From assembly GCF_047601565.1 (NCBI RefSeq), contig NZ_JASGIY010000001.1, positions 3,126,999 through 3,190,998 on the forward strand: a stretch of 64,000 nt of DNA, written 5' to 3'. This document shows positions 51,069-61,135 of the stretch, one piece after another. The DNA comes from Rudaea sp. GTDB lineage: Bacteria; Pseudomonadota; Gammaproteobacteria; Xanthomonadales; Rhodanobacteraceae. The first letter of the stretch is position 1; each line of letters begins with the position of its first letter. The notes beneath the pieces are model-generated. The model was given only the letters and a program-made list of their open reading frames with translations, was not told the DNA's origin and did no database searches. A program made the position numbers and the translations under genes.

Positions 51069-52937
51069 TCAGAGCGGTCTTGCGGCGCGCAGCCGGCGCA
51101 GCACGTCGGCGAAATGTTCGACTTCCTCGCGCGTGTTGTAGAACGCGAGCGAGGCGCGCACGGTGGCTTCGACGCCGAAGCGGCGCAGGATCGGTTGCGC
51201 GCAATGATGCCCCGCGCGCACGGCGATGCCTTCCTCGTTGAGCGCCTTGCCGACTTCCTCGGGCGCGTAGCCGGCGAGCAGGAACGAAAGCACGCTGGCC
51301 TTGTCCGGCGCGGTGCCGATCAGGCGCAGGCCCGGAATGTCGGCGATCAGGGCGGTCGCGCATTCGAGCAGTTCGTGCTCGTAGGCGGCGATGTTCTCGA
51401 TGCCGATGCGTTCGACGTACTGCAACGCGGCGCCGAGTCCGGCCGCGTCGGCGATGTTGCCGGTGCCGGCCTCGAAGCGCGCGGGCGGGCCGTGGAACAG
51501 CGCGCGCTCGAAGGTGACGTCGGTGATCATGTTGCCGCCGCCCTGCCAGGCGGGCATGTCCTCGAGGATCGCACGCTTGCCGTAGACCGCGCCGATGCCG
51601 GTCGGCGCGAACACCTTGTGCCCGGAGAAGACGAAGAAATCCGCATCGAGCGCCTGCACGTCCACGCGCATATGCGAGACGGACTGCGCGCCATCGACGA
51701 TCGCCTTCGCGCCCGCACGATGCGCAAGGTCGACGATGTCCTTGATCGGCACGACGCTGCCGAGCGCGTTCGACACCTGCGTGACCGACACGAGTTTGGT
51801 GCGCGGCGACAATAGGCGCTGGTATTCGTCAAGGCGCACCTGGCCCGCATCGTCGACCGGGATCACGCGCAGCTTCGCGCCGGTTTCCTGCACGAGTTGC
51901 AGCCACGGCACGATGTTGGCGTGGTGTTCGAGATGCGAGACGACGATTTCGTCGCCGGCGCCGATGTACTTGCGGCCCCAGGTCTTGGCGATCAGGTTGA
52001 TGCCTTCGGTCGCGCCGCGCACGAAGATGATCTCATCGGGCGAACTTGCGCCGATGAAACGCGCGACGGTCTTGCGCGCGTCCTCGTAGGCGTCGGTCGC
52101 GCGCGCGGCGAGTTCGTGCGCGGCGCGGTGGATGTTGGAGTTTTCGTGCGCGTAGAAATGGGCGAGGCGGTCGATCACCGCCTGCGGTTTCTGCGTGGTC
52201 GCGGCATTGTCGAACCAGACCAGCGGGCGGCCGTTGACCTGTTCGGCGAGGATCGGGAAATCGCGGCGGATCGTGGCCACGTCGAACACGACGCGGCGCG
52301 CGGGTTCCGCCGACGGCGCGGCTTTCGCGGCGAGCGGCGAGAGTTCGGCGGCAGCCGGCGCGTCGGCGAGAAAGTAGTAGTTCGATGCGGTCGTGGCCGG
52401 CGCATCGGCTTCGCGCGGTTCGTTCGGAACGAGACCGACCAATTCATTCGCATCGGGGAAAGCGAAGGCGCTCGCGCCGGGCACGCTGCGCACGGACTGC
52501 GGCGGCTCGATTGCGGGTGCGTCGAGGAAATAGAACGGCGAAGCGGCCGGCGCGCGATCGATCAAGGGTGCGCTTTCGGCGCCATAGCCTTGCGGCACGG
52601 CCTGCGCGGAGTGCGCGCGGCTGCCGGCATAGCCGGGCGCGCGCGTGGCGACGAGATCGGGCACGCCGTTGCGAGCCTGCGCATCGGGCGTCAGCGACGG
52701 CGCCGCGGAGGCATATGCGAGCGCATCGGGCAGCGACTGCGGCACGACGCCGGCCGGCGACTCGTGCGGCAGCGGCGAGGTCACGCCGGGCGGATCGGGC
52801 GGCGTCAACGCCTGCGCCTGCGCGCCGTTCGGCAGCGCGTTGAAGAACTCGCCGGCCCAGCGCGCGAGTTCCAGCGCGTCGGGCAGGCCGGCCGGCGCCT
52901 CGGGCGCGAGCGGAAGGGATGGCGTGGGAATGGCCAT
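51069..52937 (-). CDS. Family 2A encapsulin cargo cysteine desulfurase (SufS-like)
   Basis: ~200 aa Pro/Ala-rich N-terminus with LARWAGEFF; DNAATTQKP, FSGHK and RAGHHCAQP. Confidence 0.9.
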   Translation of the reverse strand: MAIPTPSLPLAPEAPAGLPDALELARWAGEFFNALPNGAQAQALTPPDPPGVTSPLPHESPAGVVPQSLPDALAYASAAPSLTPDAQARNGVPDLVATRAPGYAGSRAHSAQAVPQGYGAESAPLIDRAPAASPFYFLDAPAIEPPQSVRSVPGASAFAFPDANELVGLVPNEPREADAPATTASNYYFLADAPAAAELSPLAAKAAPSAEPARRVVFDVATIRRDFPILAEQVNGRPLVWFDNAATTQKPQAVIDRLAHFYAHENSNIHRAAHELAARATDAYEDARKTVARFIGASSPDEIIFVRGATEGINLIAKTWGRKYIGAGDEIVVSHLEHHANIVPWLQLVQETGAKLRVIPVDDAGQVRLDEYQRLLSPRTKLVSVTQVSNALGSVVPIKDIVDLAHRAGAKAIVDGAQSVSHMRVDVQALDADFFVFSGHKVFAPTGIGAVYGKRAILEDMPAWQGGGNMITDVTFERALFHGPPARFEAGTGNIADAAGLGAALQYVERIGIENIAAYEHELLECATALIADIPGLRLIGTAPDKASVLSFLLAGYAPEEVGKALNEEGIAVRAGHHCAQPILRRFGVEATVRASLAFYNTREEVEHFADVLRRLRAARPL

Positions 52938-52941
52938 CGGG

Positions 52942-53874
52942 TCAGCTCACGTAGGTATGCGCGTACTCGTGGTACTTGTCGATCTCGACGTCGTCGAGCA
53001 CGGCCAGCGCATCGTCGGTCTGCACCGCGAGCGAGCAGTACAGCGAGACGAGGTAGGAGGCGATCGCGTTGCGCTCGATGCCCATGAAGCGCACCGACAG
53101 GCCCGGACTCTGTTCGCCCGGCAGGCCCGGCTGGAACAGGCCGACCACGCCCTGGCGTTTGTCGCCGACGCGCAGCAGCAGGATCTTCGACTTGCCGTCC
53201 TCGACCGCGATCTTGTCCGAGGGAACCAGGGGAATTCCGCGCCAGGTGAGGAACTGCGCGCCGAACAGGCTTACCGTCGGCGGAGGGACGCCTCTGCGCG
53301 TGCATTCGCGGCCGAACGCGGCGATCGCGAGCGGATGGGCGAGGAAGAAGGCCGGCTCCTTCCACACCTTCGTCAGCAGTTCGTCGAGATCGTCCGGCGT
53401 CGGCGCGCCGCCGAGCGGCTGGATGCGCTGCGACTCGGCGACCTGCGAGAACAGGCCGTAGTCGGGGTTGTTGATCAGTTCGTTTTCCTGTTTTTCCTTG
53501 ATCGTCTCGATGGTCAGGCGCAGTTGCTCCTTGACCTGGTCGAACGGACTCGAATACAGATCGGAAATGCGCGTATTGACTTCGAGCACGGTGGCGCAGG
53601 CGCTGAGCACGTATTCGCGCGGCTTCGCCTCGTAGTCGACGAAGGTCTGCGGCAGGTCGGATTCGTCGCGGCGCGCGCAGGCGAAATCGATGCCCTGCGG
53701 ATTCTTCACCTTGTTGAGCCGGTACACGCCCGCTTCGACCGGCAGCCATTGCAGCAGGTGCGTGAGCCAGCGCGGCGAGATGAGGTCGAGTTTCGGCGCG
53801 GACTTGGTGGTGTTCGCAAGCTGGCGCGCGGCGGCGTCGCCGAGCGAGAGTTGCGCGGGTTTCTTGTCAACCAT
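52942..53874 (-). CDS. Family 2A encapsulin shell protein (SrpI-like)
   Basis: AARQLANTTK, PRWLTHLLQW, PTPDDLDELL, GLSVRFMG and YCSLAV. Confidence 0.9.
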   Translation of the reverse strand: MVDKKPAQLSLGDAAARQLANTTKSAPKLDLISPRWLTHLLQWLPVEAGVYRLNKVKNPQGIDFACARRDESDLPQTFVDYEAKPREYVLSACATVLEVNTRISDLYSSPFDQVKEQLRLTIETIKEKQENELINNPDYGLFSQVAESQRIQPLGGAPTPDDLDELLTKVWKEPAFFLAHPLAIAAFGRECTRRGVPPPTVSLFGAQFLTWRGIPLVPSDKIAVEDGKSKILLLRVGDKRQGVVGLFQPGLPGEQSPGLSVRFMGIERNAIASYLVSLYCSLAVQTDDALAVLDDVEIDKYHEYAHTYVS

Positions 53875-53958
53875 GATGCGTCCTTGGGGCAGTGGCCAAA
53901 GCGATGGCGATACGGGTCATGTTAGGCGTGAGGCAATCGAGCGGCAATGGGGGTTTGC

Positions 53959-53992
53959 AAAAAAGCCGCGACGGATGCGCGGCTTTTTTTTT
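53959..53992. terminator. Bidirectional terminator between rhodanese and encapsulin genes
   Basis: AAAAAAGCCGCG-loop-CGCGGCTTTTTTTTT. Confidence 0.75.
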
Positions 53993-54035
53993 GCGGCGGC
54001 GGCGAGCGCGACGCCCGGCATCGAACGTGCCGGCG

Positions 54036-54491
54036 TCAGTCCTGCATCCACGGCAGCCCGGCCGCGCGCCAGCCGTTGCGCGTGCCGCGACGACGCTGCT
54101 CGTCGAGATCGCCTTCGAAACCTTCGGCGATCGCGTGCACGCTGTCGAATCCCGCCGCGCGCGCCGCGGCCGCGGCCACTTCCGCGCGCGCGCCGCTGCG
54201 ACAGAGCAGGAGCACGGTCGCGTCCTTGCCGGTCTTCGCCTCGAGTTCGCGCACGAAGCGCGGATTGCGCGTCAGCCGCGTGCCGGTGGCCCAGGGCACG
54301 TGGATCGAATCGGGCACGTAGCCGACGAAGGTACGCTCCTCGAGCGTGCGCACGTCGACCAGTTTCGCCGCGCCCGAGGCGAACAGGCGCCAGGCTTCGC
54401 GTGCCGATACCGTGTCGGTGAGAGCCGCGGCCGGATAAGTACGATTATCGGCCGATTCGACGGCGGCGCCGTGGTCGAGCAGAAGGGTCAT
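54036..54491 (-). CDS. Rhodanese-domain sulfurtransferase
   Basis: LVDVRTLEE, LLLCRSGAR and GWRAAGLPW. Confidence 0.9.
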   Translation of the reverse strand: MTLLLDHGAAVESADNRTYPAAALTDTVSAREAWRLFASGAAKLVDVRTLEERTFVGYVPDSIHVPWATGTRLTRNPRFVRELEAKTGKDATVLLLCRSGARAEVAAAAARAAGFDSVHAIAEGFEGDLDEQRRRGTRNGWRAAGLPWMQD

Positions 54492-54571
54492 GGGCCTTGC
54501 CTCGCTAGGCGGCAAAAGAGCCGCGAAGTGCAAGTTAGGGCGATTCCCGGGTCAGGAAAAAGGACGAAAAC

Positions 54572-54593
54572 CGGTTTGGTTAGAACCAAACCG
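54572..54593. promoter_or_regulatory. Operator-like palindrome upstream of rhodanese
   Basis: CGGTTTGGTT-AG-AACCAAACCG. Confidence 0.5.
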
Positions 54594-54605
54594 CATAAGC
54601 GGCGA

Positions 54606-56306
54606 TCAAGCCGCCGGCATCGCCCTGGCCAGCGTCAGCGCCGCGGCGAAATCGGGGGCGAAGCGCAGCCGCTCGCCGTCGGCATGGACGTCCATCTGCG
54701 CGAGTATGCGCCGCGGCTGTTCCTGCAGGCCCGACAGGATCACGCGCGTGCCCTGACGTCCGCAGCGGCCGAGGAACTGGCGCAGCGCGGTGACGCCGCT
54801 CGCATCGATCAGCGGCACGAGGCGCATGCGCAGGATGAACACGCGCGGCGGCGCGGGGAACTGGTTGAGCACGTCGTCGAGGCGGTTGGCGACGGCGAAG
54901 AACAGCGGGCCGGAAATCTGGAACGCTTCGACGCCCGCGGGCAGCAGCGCGCGCTGGTTCGGCTCGCTGCCGTCGGGGTTGTCGGCATCGGCGTCCTCGT
55001 CGGCAAGCGAAATGTTCGACTGCATCGCGACCACTTCGCTCATGCGATGCATGAACAGGAACGCGGCGAGCACGAGGCCGACCTCGATCGCGACGGTGAG
55101 GTCGAACATCGCCGTCAACGCGAAGGTCAGGATCAGCACGATGCGATCGCCGACCGGACCGCGCATCAGGTGCTTGAAGCTTTCGATCTCGGCCATGTTC
55201 CAGGCGACGACGAGCAGCACGGCGGCGAGCGTGGCCAGCGGCACGTAGCGCATCAGCGGCGCGAGCACGAGCATGAAGACGAGCAGGAACACGGCGTGCA
55301 GCATGCCCGCGACCGGCGTGCTGCCGCCCGAGCGGATGTTCGTCGCGGTGCGCGCGATCGCGCCCGTCGCGGGCAGGCCGCCGAACAGCGCCGAGGCGAT
55401 GTTGGCGACGCCCTGCGCCACGAGTTCGGCGTTCGAGCGATGGCGGCCGCCTATCATGCCGTCGGCGACGACGGCCGACAGCAGCGATTCGACGCCGGCG
55501 AGGAAGGCGATCGTGAACGAGCTCGGGAACAGTTCGAGCGTGCGCTCGAGCGGGATGTGCGGAATCGCGAACCGAGGCAGCGCCGCCGGAATGCCGCCGA
55601 AGCGCGAGCCGATCGTTTCCGCGGGCATCGACAGCAGCGAGCAGGCGAGCGTGCCGAGCACGACGGCGATCAGAAATCCCGGCCAGTTCGGGCGCAGGCG
55701 GCGCAAGCCGGCGATCATGGCGACGCTGGCGACCGACAGCAGCAATGCGGCTGGAGTGAAATCGGGCAGATGCTGGAAGTAGGCCTGCCAGCGCGCGAAG
55801 AACTCCGCCGGCACCGCGCCCATGCGCAGGCCGAACAGATCCTTCACCTGGCTGGCGAAGATGCTCACCGCGATGCCGGCGGTGAAGCCCGTCACCACCG
55901 GCTTCGGAATGTACTTGAGCAGCGTGCCGATGCGCAGCACGCCCGCGGCGATCAGCATGAAGCCGGCCAGCAGCGTACACAGGATCAGTCCGCCGTAGCC
56001 GAATTTCTCGATCACGTTGAACACGACCGGGATGAACGCGGCCGTCGGCCCGCCGATCTGTACGCGCGAGCCGCCGAGGAACGAAATCAGGAAGCCCGCG
56101 ACGATCGCGGTATGCAGGCCCTTTTCCGGCGTCGTGCCCGAGGCGATCGCCAGCGCCATCGCCAGCGGCAGAGCGACGACCGCGACGGTGAGTCCGGCGA
56201 CCGCGTCGCGACGGAACGTGTCGAGGCTGTACCCGCGCCGCAGCACGGTCCACAGCTTCGGTTCGTAGATCGTCCAGTTCGGCGAAGCGGCGGCGGTATG
56301 CGGCAT
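54606..56306 (-). CDS. SulP/SLC26 anion permease with STAS domain
   Basis: GLTVAVVALPLAMALA, QIGGPTAA, GPLFFA and IDASG. Confidence 0.9.
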   Translation of the reverse strand: MPHTAAASPNWTIYEPKLWTVLRRGYSLDTFRRDAVAGLTVAVVALPLAMALAIASGTTPEKGLHTAIVAGFLISFLGGSRVQIGGPTAAFIPVVFNVIEKFGYGGLILCTLLAGFMLIAAGVLRIGTLLKYIPKPVVTGFTAGIAVSIFASQVKDLFGLRMGAVPAEFFARWQAYFQHLPDFTPAALLLSVASVAMIAGLRRLRPNWPGFLIAVVLGTLACSLLSMPAETIGSRFGGIPAALPRFAIPHIPLERTLELFPSSFTIAFLAGVESLLSAVVADGMIGGRHRSNAELVAQGVANIASALFGGLPATGAIARTATNIRSGGSTPVAGMLHAVFLLVFMLVLAPLMRYVPLATLAAVLLVVAWNMAEIESFKHLMRGPVGDRIVLILTFALTAMFDLTVAIEVGLVLAAFLFMHRMSEVVAMQSNISLADEDADADNPDGSEPNQRALLPAGVEAFQISGPLFFAVANRLDDVLNQFPAPPRVFILRMRLVPLIDASGVTALRQFLGRCGRQGTRVILSGLQEQPRRILAQMDVHADGERLRFAPDFAAALTLARAMPAA

Positions 56307-56339
56307 GGTTGCGAAGTATACCGCTGGATGCTTTTGCCC

Positions 56340-56439
56340 GTCATTCCCGCATGCTCCTGGCGGGAATCCAGCGTCTTTACTTTTCGCTCTCCAGAAATCA
56401 AGAGCAAAGGCGCTGGATTCCCGCCTTCGCGGGAATGAC
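56340..56439. repeat. REP-like doublet
   Basis: GTCATTCCCGC...GCGGGAATCCAG ... CTGGATTCCCGCCTTCGCGGGAATGAC. Confidence 0.85.
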
Positions 56440-56467
56440 GAGCAAGAGCATCGCGTATCATGCCGGC

Positions 56468-57817
56468 ATGCCACGCAGAAAAGCCGATGCAAGCGCTCAG
56501 TTGTTCGCCGAACCGGAAGGGTTGAAGCCGCTGGCCGAACGCATGCGTCCGCGCACGCTCGACGAAATCGTCGGCCAGGTGCGCCTGCTCGGTCCGGGCA
56601 CGGCGCTGCGCCGGGCGATCGAGGCGGGCCACGTGCACTCGATGGTGCTCTGGGGGCCGCCCGGCTGCGGCAAGACCACGCTGGCCCTGCTGCTCGCGAA
56701 ATATGCGAATGCGCGCTTCCGCGCGATCTCGGCCGTACTGTCCGGCCTCGCCGACGTGCGTGTGGCGTTGGCCGAGGCAGAGACCGCCTTCGCGCAGGGC
56801 GAGCGCAGCGTGCTGTTCGTCGACGAGGTGCATCGCTTCAACAAGGCGCAGCAGGATGCGTTCCTGCCGCACATCGAGAAGGGCGTGATCCTGTTCGTCG
56901 GCGCGACGACGGAGAATCCCTCGTTCGAGCTGAATTCCGCGCTGCTCTCGCGCTGTCGCGTGCACGTGATGGACACGGTGTCGGTCGAGGCGATCGTCGA
57001 GGCGCTGCAGCGCGCGCTACGCGACGAAGAGCGCGGGCTCGGCGAATTGCACCTCCAGGTCGCCGATGCTTCGCTGCACCTGATCGCGCAAGCCGCTGAC
57101 GGCGACGTGCGCCGCGCGCTGACCCTGCTCGAAATCGCCGCCGACGTGGCCCACGACGGCGTCATCGACGAGGCGACGCTCGGCCAGGTGCTCGCCGACC
57201 GCACGCGCCGTTTCGACAAGGGCGGCGAGCAGTTCTACGACCAGATCTCGGCGCTGCACAAGTCGGTGCGCTCGTCCGACGCCGACGCGGCGCTGTACTG
57301 GTGCACGCGCATTCTCGACGGCGGCGTCGATCCGGCCTATCTCGCGCGCCGGCTTACGCGCATGGCGATCGAGGACGTCGGCCTAGCCGACCCGCGCGCG
57401 CTCACGTTCGCGCTTGAGGCTTGGGACACGTTCGACCGGCTCGGCTCGCCCGAGGGCGAACTCGCGCTCGCCGAAGTCGCGATCTACCTCGCGATCGCGG
57501 CCAAGAGCAACGCCGCCTACGCCGCGTTCGGCGAAGTGAAAGGCCTGATCGCCCAGACCGGCACGCTCGACGTGCCGATGCACCTGCGCAACGCGCCGAC
57601 CAAGCTGATGAAAGGGCTCGGTTACGGCAAGGGCTACCAGTACGATCCCGACGTCGAAGGCGGCATCGCGTTCGACCAGCAGTGCCTGCCCGACGCGCTC
57701 GTCGGCCGCGAGTTCTACCGGCCGACCGAACGCGGCCTCGAAGCGAAGATCCGCGAAAAGCTCGACACGGTACGCGCGGCGCGCGCTGCGGCGCTTGCCA
57801 GGCAACGGGAGCGCTGA
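56468..57817 (+). CDS. rarA: Replication-associated recombination protein A
   Basis: PLAERMRP, GPPGCGKTT, DEVHRF and HLRNAPT. Confidence 0.93.
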   Translation: MPRRKADASAQLFAEPEGLKPLAERMRPRTLDEIVGQVRLLGPGTALRRAIEAGHVHSMVLWGPPGCGKTTLALLLAKYANARFRAISAVLSGLADVRVALAEAETAFAQGERSVLFVDEVHRFNKAQQDAFLPHIEKGVILFVGATTENPSFELNSALLSRCRVHVMDTVSVEAIVEALQRALRDEERGLGELHLQVADASLHLIAQAADGDVRRALTLLEIAADVAHDGVIDEATLGQVLADRTRRFDKGGEQFYDQISALHKSVRSSDADAALYWCTRILDGGVDPAYLARRLTRMAIEDVGLADPRALTFALEAWDTFDRLGSPEGELALAEVAIYLAIAAKSNAAYAAFGEVKGLIAQTGTLDVPMHLRNAPTKLMKGLGYGKGYQYDPDVEGGIAFDQQCLPDALVGREFYRPTERGLEAKIREKLDTVRAARAAALARQRER

Positions 57818-57908
57818 CGCATCGCCCGCAAACGAATTCTGGCTGCGCCGATTCGCTCGCGCGGGAACACGGGCCGAAGCCCGGCTCCCGCGCGAGCGGC
57901 GTGATGCT

Positions 57909-58610
57909 TCAGTTCTTGCCCGCGCTGCCGAACAATGCCTTGTAGGCGAAGCCGCCGAGTGCGCCGCCGACGATCGGCGCCACCCAGAACAGCCACAACT
58001 GCGACAGCGCCGCCGTCGTCGCGAAGAACGCCACGCCGGTCGAGCGCGCCGGGTTCACCGAGGTATTGGTGACCGGGATGCTGATGAGATGGATCAGCGT
58101 CAGCGCGAGGCCGATCGCGATCGGCGCGAAGCCGGCCGGCGCGCGCGCGTCGGTCGAGCCCATGATGACCATGACGAAGAAGAACGTCAGCACCACTTCG
58201 ATGACGAGCGCGGACTGCAGCGAATAGTGCCCCGGCGAAAGATCGCCGTAGCCGTTCGTGGCGAAGCCGCCGGCGGCGAAATCGGGCTTGCCGCTGGCGA
58301 TCAGATAGAGCACCGCGGCCGCAGCGACCGCGCCGAGCACCTGGGCGACGACGTACGGCACAAGATCGGCGGCGGCGAAGCGGCCGCCGGCGACGAGTCC
58401 GACCGACACTGCCGGATTGAAGTGGCCGCCCGAGATGTGGCCGATCGCGTAGGCCATCGTCAGCACCGTGAGGCCGAACGCCAGCGCTACGCCTGCGAAG
58501 CCGATACCCAACTGCGGGAACGCCGCCGCCAACACCGCGCTGCCGCACCCTCCGAACACGAGCCAGAACGTGCCGAAGAATTCGGCACCCAAACGTTTGC
58601 CAAGCGACAT
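57909..58610 (-). CDS. aqpZ: Aquaporin Z
   Basis: HFNPAV and SVNPARS. Confidence 0.93.
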   Translation of the reverse strand: MSLGKRLGAEFFGTFWLVFGGCGSAVLAAAFPQLGIGFAGVALAFGLTVLTMAYAIGHISGGHFNPAVSVGLVAGGRFAAADLVPYVVAQVLGAVAAAAVLYLIASGKPDFAAGGFATNGYGDLSPGHYSLQSALVIEVVLTFFFVMVIMGSTDARAPAGFAPIAIGLALTLIHLISIPVTNTSVNPARSTGVAFFATTAALSQLWLFWVAPIVGGALGGFAYKALFGSAGKN

Positions 58611-58845
58611 TGCCCTCTCCTTCTTCGTTGTGGGAAAACCTCGCCGCATCGCGCCGCGCGGCACGCCATCCTAACGCATCGGCGATCGAGCGAATGGCTT
58701 GAGTATCGAGTTTCGCGATCATCCTTTGAAGGATGACCCGGACACTCGCCTCGCTTCAGGCTCATGTCTCATTGGACATGACTCCCGATCGGGCGACGCT
58801 TCGTATTCCGGTATCATTGCGGTTTCCATCTTGCCCGATACCGCC

Positions 58846-59145
58846 ATGTGGTACGCCATCACCGCCCTCGATCATCCCGGCAGCCTGGACAAGCGCCTCG
58901 CCGCGCGCCCGGCGCATTTGCAGCGCTTGCACGATTTGCTGAACGCCGGTCGCCTGCTGCTGGCCGGTCCGTTTCCGTCGATCGACAGCGAGGACCCGGG
59001 GCCTGCCGGGTTCAGCGGCAGCCTGATCGTCGCCGAGTTCGCCGATCTCGATGCGGCGAAAGAATGGGCCGCGGCCGATCCGTTCGTGGCAGCCGGTGTC
59101 TATCGCGACGTGGACGTGCGCCCGTTCCGCAAGTCGCTGCCGTGA
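58846..59145 (+). CDS. yciI: YciI-family protein
   Basis: RPAHL, LAGPF and ADPFV. Confidence 0.9.
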   Translation: MWYAITALDHPGSLDKRLAARPAHLQRLHDLLNAGRLLLAGPFPSIDSEDPGPAGFSGSLIVAEFADLDAAKEWAAADPFVAAGVYRDVDVRPFRKSLP

Positions 59146-59432
59146 CGGGTACCGCCGAACTCAATACGGCGCGAATCGTGCGCATGCGCGAGTTGCTTGG
59201 CGCCGAATTCGCTCCGGCCCAGCTCGACATCGTTGACGAGAGCCATCGGCACGTGGGCCACGCCGGCGCGCGCGACGGGCGCGGGCACTTCCGCGTGCGC
59301 ATCGTTTCGCCCGTGTTCGGGGGATTGGCGCAGGTCCGGCGTCATCAGCGCGTCTATGCGGCATTGGGCGACATGATGCGCACCGATATCCACGCGCTGA
59401 CGCTGGAAACGCGGGCGCCGGGCGAAGATTGA
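59142..59432 (+). CDS. bolA: BolA-family protein
   Basis: [15 protein letters not shown] and IHAL. Confidence 0.9.
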   Translation: MTGTAELNTARIVRMRELLGAEFAPAQLDIVDESHRHVGHAGARDGRGHFRVRIVSPVFGGLAQVRRHQRVYAALGDMMRTDIHALTLETRAPGED

Positions 59433-59509
59433 ACGTGCTGCGGGAATCGACAGGCGTCATTCCGGCAGGGAATGACGGGACGCAAATATTGCCATCCGAG
59501 GAAATTTTC

Positions 59510-60358
59510 ATGCGCAAAACCCTTTTCATTTCCCTCTGCCTCGCGCTCGCTGCTTGCTCCGGCACCGGCTCGGGCGAACGCACGGTGCAGATGCCGGCGA
59601 ACCTGCCGGTCGCCGAAACCGTCGACGGCGTCGCCGTGCCGCAGGAACTCGTCGACGCCTTCGTGCGCGTGAAGGCGCCGAAGGCCGACATGAGCCGGCC
59701 GGAGCAGCGCGCCGAAATCCTGCGCGTGCTGGCCGACTACGTGCTGCTCGCCGGGCAGGCGCAGCGCGACAAGCTGGCGGACGATCCGAAGTTCGCGGCC
59801 AACGTCGAAGTGGCGCGCCTGGCCGCGCTCGCCAACGAAACGATGATCCGGTTGCAGGAGCAGACGCCGATCACCGACGAGGCGCTCAAGGCCCAGTATG
59901 ACGCGAAGGTTGCGGGCATGGGCAAGTTCGAATACGACCTCGGCAGCGTGTTGTTCGCGAGCGAGGACGATGCGCTCAAGGCTGCCGGCGAACTCGTTTC
60001 CGGCACGCCGTTCGCCAAGGTCTACGACGAATGGAAGGGCAAGGCGCAGGCCAAGGCGCTTTCGCACGTCAACACGGAAAACATGCCCAAGCCGGTGACG
60101 GATGCGTTGGCGTCGATGAAGGCCGGCGACTTCACGCGCATGCCGCTGAAGTTGCCGCAGGGCTGGCTCGTTTTCCAGGTGCAGGCGGTCAATCCGCTGG
60201 CGCCGCCCGAGTTCGACAAGGTCAAGGAGAACATCCGCCGCGACCTGCAGAAGAAGATCGGCGAGGAGCGGCTGGCCCGGATCAAGAATCAGGCGAAGAT
60301 CGAATACCCGGCGGGCGCGGCGCCGGCGGCTCCTGCTACGCCCGGAAAAAAAGGCTGA
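59510..60358 (+). CDS. PpiC/PrsA-like lipoprotein foldase
   Basis: Lipobox LAAC; position after yciI-bolA; parvulin motifs look degenerate. Confidence 0.7.
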   Translation: MRKTLFISLCLALAACSGTGSGERTVQMPANLPVAETVDGVAVPQELVDAFVRVKAPKADMSRPEQRAEILRVLADYVLLAGQAQRDKLADDPKFAANVEVARLAALANETMIRLQEQTPITDEALKAQYDAKVAGMGKFEYDLGSVLFASEDDALKAAGELVSGTPFAKVYDEWKGKAQAKALSHVNTENMPKPVTDALASMKAGDFTRMPLKLPQGWLVFQVQAVNPLAPPEFDKVKENIRRDLQKKIGEERLARIKNQAKIEYPAGAAPAAPATPGKKG

Positions 60359-60369
60359 AGCAACACGAA

Positions 60370-60460
60370 GGACGCGAAGGACGCAAAGGAAAAGCGAAGG
60401 AAGATTATTTGTTGCCTGAATCTTCCTTGCTTCTTCTTTTTCTTTGCGTCCTTCGCGTCC
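60370..60460. repeat. Long inverted repeat between convergent genes
   Basis: GGACGCGAAGGACGCAAAG ... CTTTGCGTCCTTCGCGTCC (19-bp arms). Confidence 0.75.
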
Positions 60461-60485
60461 TGCCCCTGCTTTTCGCGGTTGTTCT

Positions 60486-60875
60486 TTACGGCAGGACGAC
60501 GATGCCCGGCGCCTTCCAGCCCTTCTTGCGGTGCTCGGCGACGACGGTGGTGCAGATGCCGCCGCGCACGCCGAATTCCGCGGTCAGGCGCATGAAACGC
60601 GGCTTCGTCGCCTTGACCAGATCGTCGAGGATGCGATTGGTCACGTCCTCGTGGAAATGGCCTTCGTCGCGGAAGCTCCAGATGTAGAGCTTGAGCGACT
60701 TCAACTCGACGCAGGTCTTGTCGGCCACGTATTCCAGACGTATCTCGGCGAAGTCCGGCTGGCCGGTTTTCGGGCACAGGCAGGTGAACTCGGGGATGCG
60801 CATGCGGATGGTATAATCGCGCTCCGGCTGCGGATTCGGAAAGGTCTCCAGTGCTTTGCTGGGCTGGGTGGACAT
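60486..60875 (-). CDS. queF: PreQ0 reductase (short type)
   Basis: [24 protein letters not shown] and FHED. Confidence 0.93.
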   Translation of the reverse strand: MSTQPSKALETFPNPQPERDYTIRMRIPEFTCLCPKTGQPDFAEIRLEYVADKTCVELKSLKLYIWSFRDEGHFHEDVTNRILDDLVKATKPRFMRLTAEFGVRGGICTTVVAEHRKKGWKAPGIVVLP

Positions 60876-60924
60876 GCTGTTGACTCCTGAAAACTTGCGG
60901 CGAGGAAAAATTTCTTCTCTTGCC

Positions 60925-61008
60925 GTCATTCCCGCGCAAGCGGGAATCCAGTGTCTTTGCTCTCCGTAGGGCAAGATCAAGATGGATTCCCGCTTGCGCG
61001 GGAATGAC
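60925..61008. repeat. REP-like doublet
   Basis: GTCATTCCCGCGCAAGCGGGAATCCAG ... TGGATTCCCGCTTGCGCGGGAATGAC. Confidence 0.85.
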
Positions 61009-61135
61009 GAGCAAAAAAGCCGCTTCTGCGGGATGTCGCCTTCTCATCGGCGAGGGCGCGCACCTTAGCTCAAGCGCTCGCTCACTACAACGCGGGCAAT
61101 CTTGCGCGCGGCAAAGGGACTTTCAAGAACACACG

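Noticed and set aside
52942-53874. Prophage capsid gene
   Set aside because: Family 2A encapsulin motifs, an adjacent cargo desulfurase and no phage context
56309-56492. REP-derived N-terminal extensions of rarA and sulP (also queF 60876-60980)
   Set aside because: The frames pass through REPs, but plausible downstream starts give normal-length proteins and there is no coupling evidence, unlike the M23 case
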